Shown in pieces: positions 1-10,400 of a DNA stretch of 64,000 nucleotides; within the stretch, counting starts at the first letter, position 1, and every line of letters begins with the position of its first letter. Below the pieces are notes generated by a model. It ran no database searches. It saw only the letters and a program-made list of their open reading frames with translations, and was not told where the DNA came from. A program made the position numbers and the translations under genes. Origin of the DNA: Savitreella phatthalungensis (lineage: Eukaryota); the NCBI GenBank assembly GCA_051599415.1, contig AP039707.1, positions 124,001 through 188,000 on the forward strand, read 5' to 3'.

Positions 1-1053
1 GGTGGTGGTGTTGGTGGAGAGAGTGACAGTGTGAGTGTGAGTGAGGAGGCGCTTTCGCGGCAGACGCGGATTGGTCGGTTTCGACGTATTCTGAGCGCTG
101 CACATGTGGATCTGGGTGCGCTGCGGAAGCTTGCATGGAACGGTGTGCCTGAGGAGCTGCGAGCGTGCGTGTGGCCAGTGCTGCTGGGTCACGTCGCCAC
201 GCATGCGGATCGGCGGAAAGGCGCGCTTGCACGAAAGCGGCAGGAGTATCTGGACGGCGTGGCACACTGCTGGCGGCACGGTGTCGACGGACTCGACCCC
301 ACCATCTGGCACCAGATCCACATCGACGTCCCCCGCACCAACCCACTCATCCGGCTGTATCAGTACCCAACCACGCAGCGCGCGCTCGAACGGATACTCT
401 ACCTCTGGGCAGTCAGACACCCGGCCTCCGGCTACGTCCAGGGCATCAACGACCTCGCCACCCCGTTCTTCCAGGTCTTCCTCTCGAGCTACCTCCGTCC
501 AGGCGACGCCCCCGAACTCGTCGACCCTGCTACCTTCCCAAAGGAGTGCATCGACGCCGTCGAGGCAGACACCTTCTGGTGTCTCTCGAAACTGCTCGAT
601 GGCATCCAGGACAACTACATCCACGCGCAGCCTGGGATTGTCCGGCAGGTCGGTAACCTGCGTGAGCTGACATCCCGGATTGACATGCCGCTCGTGAGAC
701 ACCTGGACGGTGAGGGTGTGGAGTTTATGCAGTTTGCGTTCAGGTGGATCAACTGCCTGCTGATGCGTGAGCTGTCTGTGCGGTGCACGACTCGGATGTG
801 GGACACGTACATGGCTGAAGGGCCGTTGGCGTTCTCGGACTTCCACCTGTACGTGTGTACGGCGCTGCTGGTCAAGTACTCAAAGGAGATCCAGGCCAGA
901 GACTTCCAGAACATCATCATCCTCCTCCAAGCACTCCCGACAGCGGCCTGGACAGACAAGGAGATCGAGATGCTTCTCTCGGAAGCGTACCTCTGGAAAT
1001 CACTCTGGTCAAACTCGCCACAGTTCACAACACAGGCACGCAGCGGCAGGTAG
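1..1053 (+). CDS. GYP1: TBC-domain Rab GTPase-activating protein (Gyp1-like), 5'-truncated by the window edge
   Basis: The frame is open from base 1. TBC motifs: LRKLAWNGVP, IHIDVPRT (R finger), GYVQGINDL (Q finger), FAFRWINCLLMRE. Confidence 0.9.
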   Translation, partial: GGGVGGESDSVSVSEEALSRQTRIGRFRRILSAAHVDLGALRKLAWNGVPEELRACVWPVLLGHVATHADRRKGALARKRQEYLDGVAHCWRHGVDGLDPTIWHQIHIDVPRTNPLIRLYQYPTTQRALERILYLWAVRHPASGYVQGINDLATPFFQVFLSSYLRPGDAPELVDPATFPKECIDAVEADTFWCLSKLLDGIQDNYIHAQPGIVRQVGNLRELTSRIDMPLVRHLDGEGVEFMQFAFRWINCLLMRELSVRCTTRMWDTYMAEGPLAFSDFHLYVCTALLVKYSKEIQARDFQNIIILLQALPTAAWTDKEIEMLLSEAYLWKSLWSNSPQFTTQARSGR

Positions 1054-1087
1054 GTAATCGAATTCCGTCATGACCTTTGGCCGATTT

Positions 1088-2251
1088 CTAGTACATCTGC
1101 GTGATGGTTCTGAAACGAGCATCGTTCCTATCGACCACGCCAATCACCACACACCCGAATTCGTCTTTGTCATCGTCGTCGTCGTCGTTGTCATCATTGT
1201 CATGGTCGTGAGTGTTTTCGTCAGTGTCTGTGAGCGGTCGGGGTGATAGACGAGCGTGGATGGCTGCTTGTGCGTGTGGGAATGAGAAGCACTTTGCGAT
1301 CTGAACGTCTAGGAAATTTTGGTTGTCGACGAGGTTGTACGCGAGTGCTAGCTCTCTGACACAGGCTATATCCTCGTCTGTCATATTCTGGGTGACTGGA
1401 ACGGCATCGCCGGTGTATGCGGAGTAGGTGGTTTTGGAGTGGTCGTCGTGGACGTCGAGGTAGAGTCTGGGGGAGGCTGTGACTCTGTTTCGGAAGACGG
1501 CTTTCCAGGAGATGCTTTGCGGGGTGACTGTGATGAAGCGTGCTCGGTCGGTGGTGAATTCGTCGACGTGGTCGTACACAGAGGTGTCGTCGCCGAGGCA
1601 GTCGATGACGAGGTCGAAATTCCGTTCCTTCCTCCCGCGCACCGCACCCAGCACCGCACCTGCAGAGCTACCCTTCACACCCACCACATCCACAAACTCA
1701 TCCACCCCAAACTCGACCAGTCGATCCCTCACCCCCCTAACCATCGGCGCACTCCCTTCCACCACACACCCGAATGCCTTTGCCGCCTGGGTTGCGAAGA
1801 GGCCGAGTGGCGTGTGGAGGCCGTGTATGAAGATGCGCGGGTGCCCTGCGGATGGCAGTTGTGCTAGTTGGAGTGCTCTGCAGGCGAGGACGCTGTAGGC
1901 TGCAACTGCTGCGTTCTCCTCGTCCGTCAGCGAAGTCTTTGCCTTGTGGAGACGGTGGAGGGCGATGGTGATGACTTCCGCAAGACCGCCTTTCCCGCGT
2001 CCATCCACGCGTCCGATCACCCGCATCCCAGCGTACCACCTACCGTCACTCGAGCCGGCGCCCACACTCAAGATTGTGCCGCAGAACGCGTTCGCGCACC
2101 GTGAGGCATCAGGGTTGGAGTCGACGGCGACGGCATGGACGATGACGACCGCGTGATTGGTGGGTGGATCTGCTGGTGGTAGAGGGGTGGTAGAGTACTT
2201 GACTGTGCCGTTACTTGCTATGAGAGCGACGTCGATCGTGGTGGACGTCAT
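1088..2251 (-). CDS. Medium-chain dehydrogenase/reductase-fold protein (YIM1/RTN4IP1/quinone-reductase-like), degenerate
   Basis: GroES-like N-terminus (FCGTILSVG...GMRVIG...GGLAE), then Rossmann-like RIFIHG...LGLFATQAAKAFG and FDLVIDCLG. Confidence 0.65.
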   Translation of the reverse strand: MTSTTIDVALIASNGTVKYSTTPLPPADPPTNHAVVIVHAVAVDSNPDASRCANAFCGTILSVGAGSSDGRWYAGMRVIGRVDGRGKGGLAEVITIALHRLHKAKTSLTDEENAAVAAYSVLACRALQLAQLPSAGHPRIFIHGLHTPLGLFATQAAKAFGCVVEGSAPMVRGVRDRLVEFGVDEFVDVVGVKGSSAGAVLGAVRGRKERNFDLVIDCLGDDTSVYDHVDEFTTDRARFITVTPQSISWKAVFRNRVTASPRLYLDVHDDHSKTTYSAYTGDAVPVTQNMTDEDIACVRELALAYNLVDNQNFLDVQIAKCFSFPHAQAAIHARLSPRPLTDTDENTHDHDNDDNDDDDDDKDEFGCVVIGVVDRNDARFRTITQMY

Positions 2252-2287
2252 GGAAGGGTTGTATGGATAGGAGGTCTACACCTGTTT

Positions 2288-2460
2288 TTGTGACAGGTCG
2301 CACGGACTTGTGAGAGGTGGCACAGATCTGTGAGAGGTCGTACAGCCTTGTGACAGGTAGCACAGACTAGTGACAGGTAGTACAGGATTGTGAGAGGTCG
2401 TACAGGTTTGTGTGAGAGGTAGTACAGACTTGTGACAGGTAGTACAAGCTTGTGAGAGGT
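2288..2460. repeat. Minisatellite, ~8.5 copies of a 20-bp unit (consensus TTGTGASAGGTMGTACAGAC)
   Basis: Units start at 2288, 2308, 2328, 2348, 2368, 2388, 2408, 2430 and 2450 (last one partial). Confidence 0.9.
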
Positions 2461-2591
2461 TTAAGTAAGACTGTTTCAGGTGACCTGTTCGATGACAAGG
2501 ATGAAGAGTTGGTTATCCCCGAGGGTTGTGGTTGTCGTTGACTTGACCCGAACGGCTTGCTCTCTCCATGTCGTCATTCCACTGTAAGATC

Positions 2592-2598
2592 AAAAAAA
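2592..2598 (-). terminator. Pol III oligo-T terminator (T7) of tRNA-Val
   Basis: Seven T residues on the minus strand about 14 nt downstream of the discriminator base. Confidence 0.75.
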
Positions 2599-2611
2599 GT
2601 GATTAGGTTGG

Positions 2612-2757
2612 TGGTCCTTTTGGGGTTTGAACCCAAGACCTTCTCTGTTCAGAGCTTTCCGAGATCAAAGTCTACGTTCAAAAGAAAACTTAAACTCTTT
2701 CACCTCGGAAGTGAAAAAACTGTAAAAGAGACGCGATGACCACTACGCCAAAGAACC
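2612..2757 (-). tRNA. tRNA-Val (anticodon TAC) with a 73-nt intron at 2648-2720
   Basis: Acceptor stem GGTTCTT/AAGGACC, A box TGGCGTAGTGG, anticodon stem TCTCT/AGAGA with loop TT-TAC-A^C, T arm TTGGG-TTCAAAC-CCCAA. Intron at the canonical 37/38 position. Confidence 0.92.
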
Positions 2758-2819
2758 CCAAGCACAGAACGTGTAAACCAAATATATGACCCCCTGAATG
2801 GAAGCTCTTCAGCATACAT

Positions 2820-2879
2820 AGGAGATTTGGACTCTAGGCTTGGGTTCAGCAAAGGAGATTTGGACTCTAGGCTTGGGTT
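2820..2879. repeat. Direct repeat, 2 x 27 bp (AGGAGATTTGGACTCTAGGCTTGGGTT), period 33 bp
   Basis: Identical copies at 2820-2846 and 2853-2879, upstream of the tRNA. Confidence 0.9.
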
Positions 2880-3000
2880 TAGGTGGGTTCCTGCTTGACT
2901 CGCCAGGGGGGTCTCAGCTCTAAAGGGTGTCATTCATGCTTCATGATTGTTCTACAGTAGAGGCTCTACGCGCTTGCGGAGGTTGGGTTGTACTATAAAT

Positions 3001-4473
3001 TCAGAATCCCCAGAGTGGTAAGGTTGCATCTAGCTTGACGCTTGCTGCTGTACTCCTGGGTAGTGATGGGGGTGGTTGTGAATACTGGTGATGACGTTGG
3101 TGATGCTGTTGCTGTAGTCGGTGCCTTTGCTTGAGAGCGACGGAAGGGGTGTAGCCTCCGTACTTGGACGCTGTCTCTTCCTGTGCATCTGCTACGTTGG
3201 TGTGTTCGCCCGGGAGTTTAGCCCTTGCCGGGGAGATCTCGCCTGCAGCGATCTTGTCGAGCCGGTAGAGTGAGCCTGCGTACCTGCTGCCACCGAACTG
3301 TGAGCCTGCCTGGGAGGCAGCACGGTCGATCGCTTGAGCCGCCCTTACCATCACGCTACGCACGCTACCCTCGACGGGATCCTTGGTGCCGTGACGCTTG
3401 CTCCCGGCACCAATGGTGGGTGCTGCTGTCTTGTCACCCATCAACCGTAGAGCGTAGCCCATAGCTAGTACTTTCTGAGCATCAGATCGCGTCGTTCTTA
3501 CCGATCCTGCGATTGATGGTGTTGGTTTTCGAATTTTTCCCTCTCGAATGCCGCTACCTGCGCGAGAAGATTGCTGCTGTTGCTGCTGCTGCTGCTGTTG
3601 GAGACGCAAGGTCTCGTGAGCATCGCGATCGTGGAAGACGCGCATATCGACTGCTACCGACGCTGTGGCCATGCCTGCTGTGACGGGTTCTGCAAGCGAG
3701 ACTCCATAGTCCGGTACGATACCAGCACGATCAGCTTCGATTCCCAAGGATGCCAACTCGTCCTTCTCTGCTGCTCGATCTGCAGCCGCTGTGAATGCAT
3801 CTGGTTGGGGATGTGTGGTGACAGGCGTCCGTGACCTGGATCGTGACGTTGTGGAAGTGTGTGCGTGGTGGTGGTGGGATCCTCCTGAGGACGTTCTGAC
3901 GCGATCTGGCCGCGCGGTCGGCGGGAGCGGAAGTGGTAGTGGTTTGTTGGCGTTCTGATCTGCTGCTGCGAGAGACGCTAGACTCGTAGAAGTTTGAGAG
4001 TACGGAACGCCTTTCCAACTCCCGCCTAGACCTGTCGCACTCCGCAGACTTTCAACCGACGTCCGTTTCCGCAGCAGTAAAGGATTCACCACCGACGGCG
4101 TCCGATTTTCTTTACCATCGACCGGACGAGTCCGTGGCGGTCGCCGAGATGTGTATGCGGATGTGTACCCACCAACCTCGCTCATCGTGTCCCTGTGCTG
4201 GTGTGGGTGCTGTCGGGTTGTGGGCGCGCGGTCGGGCCGATATGCATTGGACACTGGTGTGCGCCTGGCATGTTGCTGCTGCTGCTGTTGTTGTGGTGGA
4301 TGATGCTGCTCTTCGAGCTCGTGGAGTGTGTGGAGTCCGAGACTAGGGAATAAGCCACCTGTGAAGGTCTCGAGACACTCCCGCGCAAGTAGACTGTAGG
4401 CTGAGTAAGGCATCGTCGCTGAATCGTCCCAGGTCAAGTAGAAGCGGATGAATGATCTACAGTATCCGAGCAT
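3001..4473 (-). CDS. Hypothetical low-complexity protein (Ser/Gln/His-rich); true start uncertain (4473, 4413 or 4185)
   Basis: 490-codon ORF with polyQ tracts. No domain recognised. Confidence 0.65.
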   Translation of the reverse strand: MLGYCRSFIRFYLTWDDSATMPYSAYSLLARECLETFTGGLFPSLGLHTLHELEEQHHPPQQQQQQQHARRTPVSNAYRPDRAPTTRQHPHQHRDTMSEVGGYTSAYTSRRPPRTRPVDGKENRTPSVVNPLLLRKRTSVESLRSATGLGGSWKGVPYSQTSTSLASLAAADQNANKPLPLPLPPTARPDRVRTSSGGSHHHHAHTSTTSRSRSRTPVTTHPQPDAFTAAADRAAEKDELASLGIEADRAGIVPDYGVSLAEPVTAGMATASVAVDMRVFHDRDAHETLRLQQQQQQQQQQSSRAGSGIREGKIRKPTPSIAGSVRTTRSDAQKVLAMGYALRLMGDKTAAPTIGAGSKRHGTKDPVEGSVRSVMVRAAQAIDRAASQAGSQFGGSRYAGSLYRLDKIAAGEISPARAKLPGEHTNVADAQEETASKYGGYTPSVALKQRHRLQQQHHQRHHQYSQPPPSLPRSTAASVKLDATLPLWGF

Positions 4474-4795
4474 CCACCTGATCTGGAGAACAGATTCTCG
4501 ACCAGGAAATGAGACGATGTACTCGCTGTGGTTGACCGGGGTGTACAGTAACGGGTCTCTGTTCTCGAGTACAATTGCGTTTGTCTCTTTTGTTGTTGTC
4601 CCGATTGTGTTTCTGATTTCGATTAGGATTGATTTGATTCAGTTTCAGCTTCTGGAGCACGTGCATGTACAACCTTGCATAGACTCCGAACTTCCCCACA
4701 CTTCACCTTCAAGTTGAGACACCGTCTTCACTACCACACTCATACAGTCGTTTGGGAGCCATGTACAATTGATTTACTTTCTATATACTACAATG

Positions 4796-6154
4796 TTAGA
4801 CGCATCTTGGACCATCAGTGCCACAGCAAGGCACACCTGCATTGGTGTTGATGCTGGCGTTGTGATTGGTGAAGGATTGCTCGATTTGTGCTTCTGCGAT
4901 GAGTGATCTGACCATGGTGGTGTCGACTTGGAGGGTGCCATTGACAATTCTGGACGAGTCCATGAGTCTTGCGACGGCATCTTCAACTGTGAGCTGTTTA
5001 CCCTGAAGGAGGGTGTGGAGCTGGCGATATGCCTGGCGGCAGTCCATCTCGGACACGTGGTTGGTAGGGCCTATACCGTGGCCATGAGATGAGGGGGATG
5101 TGGATGAGGAGGAGGAGGAGTGAACGATATTAGGATCGAGCATTGATAGCTGTGCGGAAGCAACTAGCTTCAGGAGGTCACAGAATCGCTCACCGTCACT
5201 GCCGAGCCCGGAAGAGCAGTCCATCATTGGAATCATTGAGTGCTGATGATGGTTGTCCGTCCCATCGTCAATGCCTGTTGGCGACTGGCTGCCGTTGTAC
5301 GAGTTGGATCGCTGTGGCCACGCTGCGACTGCCGCTGCTGCCCCCCATGATTCTGCAAAGTGCGGGGAGAGGTCGTGATGGGAAGCCTGGGAGTCACCAT
5401 CAGCCTGCTGCTGGTGCTGCTGGTGCTGCTGTTGCTGCGCAGTGTTGAGATAGTGCTGATGGAATAGATGACCAGGCATTTGGGCGATGAAGCCGTTGCC
5501 AACGATCGCTGGGAATTTGTTGACGCTAGCGACGTCATTGGCCACGCCAGCATCATCATCGTGGTCATGAATCGCGGAGGTAGCATACTCCATCTGCTGC
5601 TGCTGCTGTTGGGTGGAACGCCTGTCTGGAATGTAGTCTGTCCATGCGAATGCGTTGTTTTGCGGCAGGACTGGGAAATTTGTCGGGAGTGACTGGTGTC
5701 TGAGTGGTTGCTGGAAGGCTGTGACTGGGATGTTGGTGCTGTTGTTGTTGTTGTGGGTGGATGCGGTGCTGGTGCTGCCGGTCTGTGAGGAGGAGTCTGT
5801 GGGTGTGATGACTGCCGATGCTGGCACTGCTACAGCTGCACGTGCGGTGGTGGTGGAGGCGAGGAAGGCCTGCTCGACAACTCTCCGAGCTTCAGAGTCA
5901 TCGTCAATCCTGCACCATTCGCCCACCTGCGCATCGCCAACGCCAAGCAAGCTGGCAAGCCAGCCGCGCAGACGCCGGTTGTCGCGCTCTACCAGTCTTG
6001 CCCGAGACTGGATCTGAGAAGCAAGTTGGACATCTCCGCGCTCGTACTGTCTGAGTTTCTGCTCGAGCGACTGGATGTATTCAACTTTCCTAGCTCGGGA
6101 GAGTCTCTGGTTGTTGCGCGCCCTCTCGTTCCGCTCTTCCTTCGAGTTCGACAT
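4796..6154 (-). CDS. bZIP transcription factor
   Basis: N-terminal basic region and zipper (ERARNNQRLSRARKVEYIQSLEQKLRQYE...ARLVERDNRRLRGWL), followed by a Q/N-rich disordered region. Confidence 0.85.
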   Translation of the reverse strand: MSNSKEERNERARNNQRLSRARKVEYIQSLEQKLRQYERGDVQLASQIQSRARLVERDNRRLRGWLASLLGVGDAQVGEWCRIDDDSEARRVVEQAFLASTTTARAAVAVPASAVITPTDSSSQTGSTSTASTHNNNNSTNIPVTAFQQPLRHQSLPTNFPVLPQNNAFAWTDYIPDRRSTQQQQQQMEYATSAIHDHDDDAGVANDVASVNKFPAIVGNGFIAQMPGHLFHQHYLNTAQQQQHQQHQQQADGDSQASHHDLSPHFAESWGAAAAVAAWPQRSNSYNGSQSPTGIDDGTDNHHQHSMIPMMDCSSGLGSDGERFCDLLKLVASAQLSMLDPNIVHSSSSSSTSPSSHGHGIGPTNHVSEMDCRQAYRQLHTLLQGKQLTVEDAVARLMDSSRIVNGTLQVDTTMVRSLIAEAQIEQSFTNHNASINTNAGVPCCGTDGPRCV

Positions 6155-6280
6155 GGTGTGCTTTAGGTGTAAAGATGGGCCTAGATATTGCTGCTAACAA
6201 CAGATCTAGCACATGACAGAGAGGAGTGAGTGGAGAAAGGAAAAGAGACGTTGAAGAGATAAGTGAGTCCAAGTAAAGGG

Positions 6281-6287
6281 TTTTATA
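6281..6287 (-). promoter_or_regulatory. Candidate TATA box (TATAAAA) of the bZIP gene
   Basis: About 130 bp upstream of the ATG at 6154. Confidence 0.45.
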
Positions 6288-7453
6288 CGGTGTATTCTTT
6301 GACGTCGTGCGAAGAGGTAGACCGGTCGATCGTCCTACTTCCGATGGAGTGTTGGATGGTGGTGATGGTGGGTGAGGGTGATCTCCGAGAAAGTAAATGT
6401 GATGGTATGTATGGTGTGGTGTGCTCGAGAGGGAAGAGTCACTGCGTTATTCCAGGTAGCTGGTGGCCGAGGGAAGACTTCAGATAGTAAAGAGACAGTG
6501 AGGAACTGAAGAGGGAGAGTGCGGGCGGGTATATCGAGAAAGTGATTAGTATATCTTCTACCTTGTGAGGTGGGAAGAAACCAAGGTTTTGTGATACAGC
6601 AAGGCTGGGAGCTGTCCAGTGTAATCAACATCTTACACTATCTCTGTATCTCATACAGGTGAAACGCAATCTTGTGCAGCATGCTCACTCCTATCTGGAA
6701 CAAGTATAAATTTCGAAACACAATCTAATCAGAGTATGATTGGATGTCGGGTGAATCGCGCGAGAGAGAGGCGAATGATCCATCTGAAACAGGTGGAATG
6801 TGGGATTGTGTTCCAAGTTTCCATATTGATCAGCAGTGCATCCCCGTCGCAGATAGAGTATTCTGTATCTAGAGCAAGTCAGAAGTAAGAATTTTCCCGT
6901 TTTTCTTTTCATGTGGTTGTATATCCCTCACTGGAACGTGTCCATGGGCTTTTTTCTTCTTATTCAATTCGAAACACAATCAATGCATATTCAAAGACGA
7001 TCACTTTTTCTTTCGCTCGCTCGCTCGCTCGCTCGGATTTTGCCGTCTTTCTAGGAGAACTGATCGACTGATTTGATTGGTTCTTGCTGCAACTGTGAAC
7101 AATCTACTTGAGGGACAGTATCTTTGGCGTGACCTTTTCGCAGACTCCGGCAAAGCCGAGATATCAATCTGACACAGCAATCATACTCCTTTCTGCTTGA
7201 ACTCTTCGGTCGGACTTAAAGCAAAAGTGGGTGGGTTTGGAATTCCGGGGTGCATGAGGATCTACTGCTCACATGAATACACATTCCGCGCCACGTAACT
7301 ACGCTTAAGGTGTGATTTGCACGTGTACGCACCAAACATCGGCGGTCGTCCATCCCAACTAAATTAGGTGAGTGATCCTGGTGAATGAGTGAATGAGTGA
7401 ATACTCATGTGAATACGATGCTATGCTTGTGGTCCGCTTGCTTTGGCCTGTTG

Positions 7454-10400
7454 CTAGTGTTGCGTGTCAAAGCTAGAGATGAATTCGTAGATCCTGAATG
7501 GACTCGGTGCAATCCCGTGCTTGTAGACAAACCTGGACGCCAGGAAGCACCCGAAGATAGCCCTGACGTATGATTCGGGGATTCGCTCCAGCATGGTGTC
7601 CAGGCCGATGTGCTGTAGCAGCAGTGGCGGGAATGCGCTGTTGAGGACCGTCGTTCTCAACTTGATGTCTTGCCAGAGTGAGGAGGAGGCCATTTCCTCC
7701 TGGAGCTTGACGATCGCCTCTGAGAGCCGATTCGAGATGAGTGATCTCGGTGTGGATGTTGCCTCGTGTTCTCTCTCGATCGCGTCGAACTCCATGCGAG
7801 CGTTGCTGCGGATGATGTCCTGCACGCTCGCCACGTACGCCCTGTAGAAGGCCGGCTCGGCGCCAGTATGGGCATCGACGCACATGTGAGTTCTGAATCC
7901 GGCGTCGTCGAAGGATAGCGATGCGAGGACCTCGAGCGACGACGACGTCACACCTCCCTTGTTCGTCGACGCGTCCTTGTACACCAGGCAACCTGCCTTC
8001 TCCAACGCAAGCTTCGCGTCCTGTGTCACAAACAGGTTCGCGCCCTCGACAAGCGCAGGCAGCCGGGATTTGCCAGTCGCCTCGTCGATCAGTTGACCGA
8101 CGTTGTTGATGTTGATTGCCTCAGGACGGCCACCGCAAGGGACAAACATGTCTGCTGATGAGCCAGCCTCGCGGTTGCCTGCATGGAAGTCACGCAGGTG
8201 TGCGGTGTTGCGGAAGTTCGTGCCGTTTGCGACCTTCTCACCAGACGGCAGCGTCAGATCGACGTCGTCTACGAGCACACGATACCCGTCTGCCGAGAGC
8301 GGTGCATTGTAAGCATCAATCATCTGCCGTGCTTTTGCGAGTCGGACTAGCTCTGACCTGTCGAGGCCGTTGGGGTCGTGAAGGACGCCTGCGCCGTCGA
8401 TGATGGTCACGTACTTCTCCTTGCCTAGAAGGATTTCGTTTGATCCGAGGTCGCCGTCAGGTCCGCCAGTCTGGATCTTTGTCACTTCCTCTTCCTTCCA
8501 CCCGAGCTTCTCGTACACGCCTTCCACGTACTGCCGCACACTCAACGAGGTCATGCCGTACGCATCGTGAGGAATTCCACCTAGACGCTTACTCTTCCCG
8601 GTGAAGAATGACTTCCACCACGGCGCACCTCTAGCCCTTGCGTGCTCTGTCGCCCAGTCGACCAGACCTGCAGTATTCTCATCCGGCCCACAGAACAAGA
8701 TCTCTTCCTTGCCGTAGAGGTCGACGATCTTGTCCTTGATTCCGGGGCTGTGGCCTTCAAGCAGAAGGTCGATAAGCGCGTCGATGTACTTTCGGAACGC
8801 CTGCTCGCCTCTGTCCTGCTTGTCAGCGTCGAGCAGGATGACGCCCTTCGCGCCACCTTCGGGGATGTCCTTGTTCTTCTTCTGCTGTGTCGACGCCAGC
8901 GCGTAGTTCTCGTCAAACAGACCGCGCACATTCATCGAGTACGCCTCTCGAGTGCGGGACTTGACAATGCGAATACCGCCACGCGCAACGTCTCGGAACC
9001 GCAGGTGCGTACCACGGAATTCGTCCCCGATCACGAGGAACATGCCGTACAAGGGCTCTGGATACTCCTCCGGAGGAAGGAAGGATGGATCGAGTCTGAA
9101 GGAGATAGCCGTCTTCGTTGGCTGGTAGAAGTTTGTCTTGAGGACGTGCTTGTTAAAGGTTGCGAAGGACATCATCACGTGCAGCTCGTGCTCGTTGTTT
9201 GTCTTTTCGTGGATGAGCTTCTGGATGTCGGCATCCTGAAGACCGCCGCCCAAACGATTCGGCCGACCAATCAGACGCTGTCGGTCGACCTTGATCTGCT
9301 GCTCCGGGTCAGGCGTGCCACCCTCGCTTCGAGAACGGCGAATGAAGTGGACACCAGCGAATTGGGCATACAACAGTCGTACCAGCTCGGGCTGCTCACG
9401 AATGATGTTATAGACATCCTCCCGCGTATAGGTCTCCTCACGCAGCCTGCGCTTGATCTTGGCCAAAAGTTGCTGGTGGACGGCAGAATTCGGGTCGAGT
9501 TGTTGCCTGAGCGAGGTGTATTCTGGACCGAGACGATTGAGGAAGTGAGCGACAAAGGCGGACACGCAATGCGCGTAGACTGACTCCTGTAGACTAAGCT
9601 CGCCACGGACAAACAAGTCGTTGAAGTAATTCCGAGGCAGACAGAAGAGCAGGGAGGCTTCCTTTGTGATCAAGTGGTGGAGGGCAGCGTCAATGTCCAG
9701 GGCGCCGTCTGCTGTGCTGTCCTCGGTGGTGTTGGCAGGCTGGAGATAGAGCGACATAACGCAGACTCCATTGGAGAACTGCTCAACGTATTTGCGCGAC
9801 GACTGGAGGCCGTAGTAGTGGTAGAGATCTGTGAGGGCGGTGAAAAAGTTCTTGCAAGTACCGCGTGGCAATCCGATCACAAGCCTGCGCTCTTTCGTGC
9901 CCTGGATCGAGTAGACGTCCATGACAGGGCCCATGCGAGCGACAACTGTCTTGATCATCCGATCGTAGATTGCGAGCGTGTTGTGAGTCGCCTTCTCGAG
10001 GAACGTCTTGTCGGAGATCTTTGCGAGATCCGTCACATCGTCACCTTCCGGCTTGTCCACCGCAAAGCTGCACTCCGACACAAAGTAGGTCCGAAGCTCT
10101 TGTCCGGGCTTGCCCCAGTCGGAGCAACCACTCCGGAAGGACTCGACTCTAAAGACCTTGTCTGTAGCGTTGAGATAGCGTTCTTCCAGCCTTCCTTCAA
10201 ATTGGGGTCCCTGCTGGTCAGTGACACCCGGGAAAGAGGTGTCGATGTAAACTGCGTGGTCTTCTGCCTCACGGACTAGTCTGACCGGCGTGTCTGTGGT
10301 GTTGTCGCCTTGAGCGAGCGCCTGGATCTTTGCGCCATACAGAGAGAGGATGTGTGATGCGATAGTGATGACAGACTCGTACTGGAAGTATTGATCATCG

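Noticed and set aside
2288..2460. CRISPR-like appearance of the 20-bp array
   Set aside because: Units are head-to-tail with no unique spacers, there are no cas genes, and the context is eukaryotic.
6506..6636. Possible 5'-UTR intron of the bZIP gene (GTAAGA..CTAAT..CAG)
   Set aside because: It lies upstream of the candidate TATA box and the branch-to-acceptor distance is long; unsupported without RNA data.
8642..10279. Long plus-strand ORFs (313 and 201 aa) antisense to GDH2
   Set aside because: Codon-aligned shadow frames of a biased gene; no recognisable motifs.
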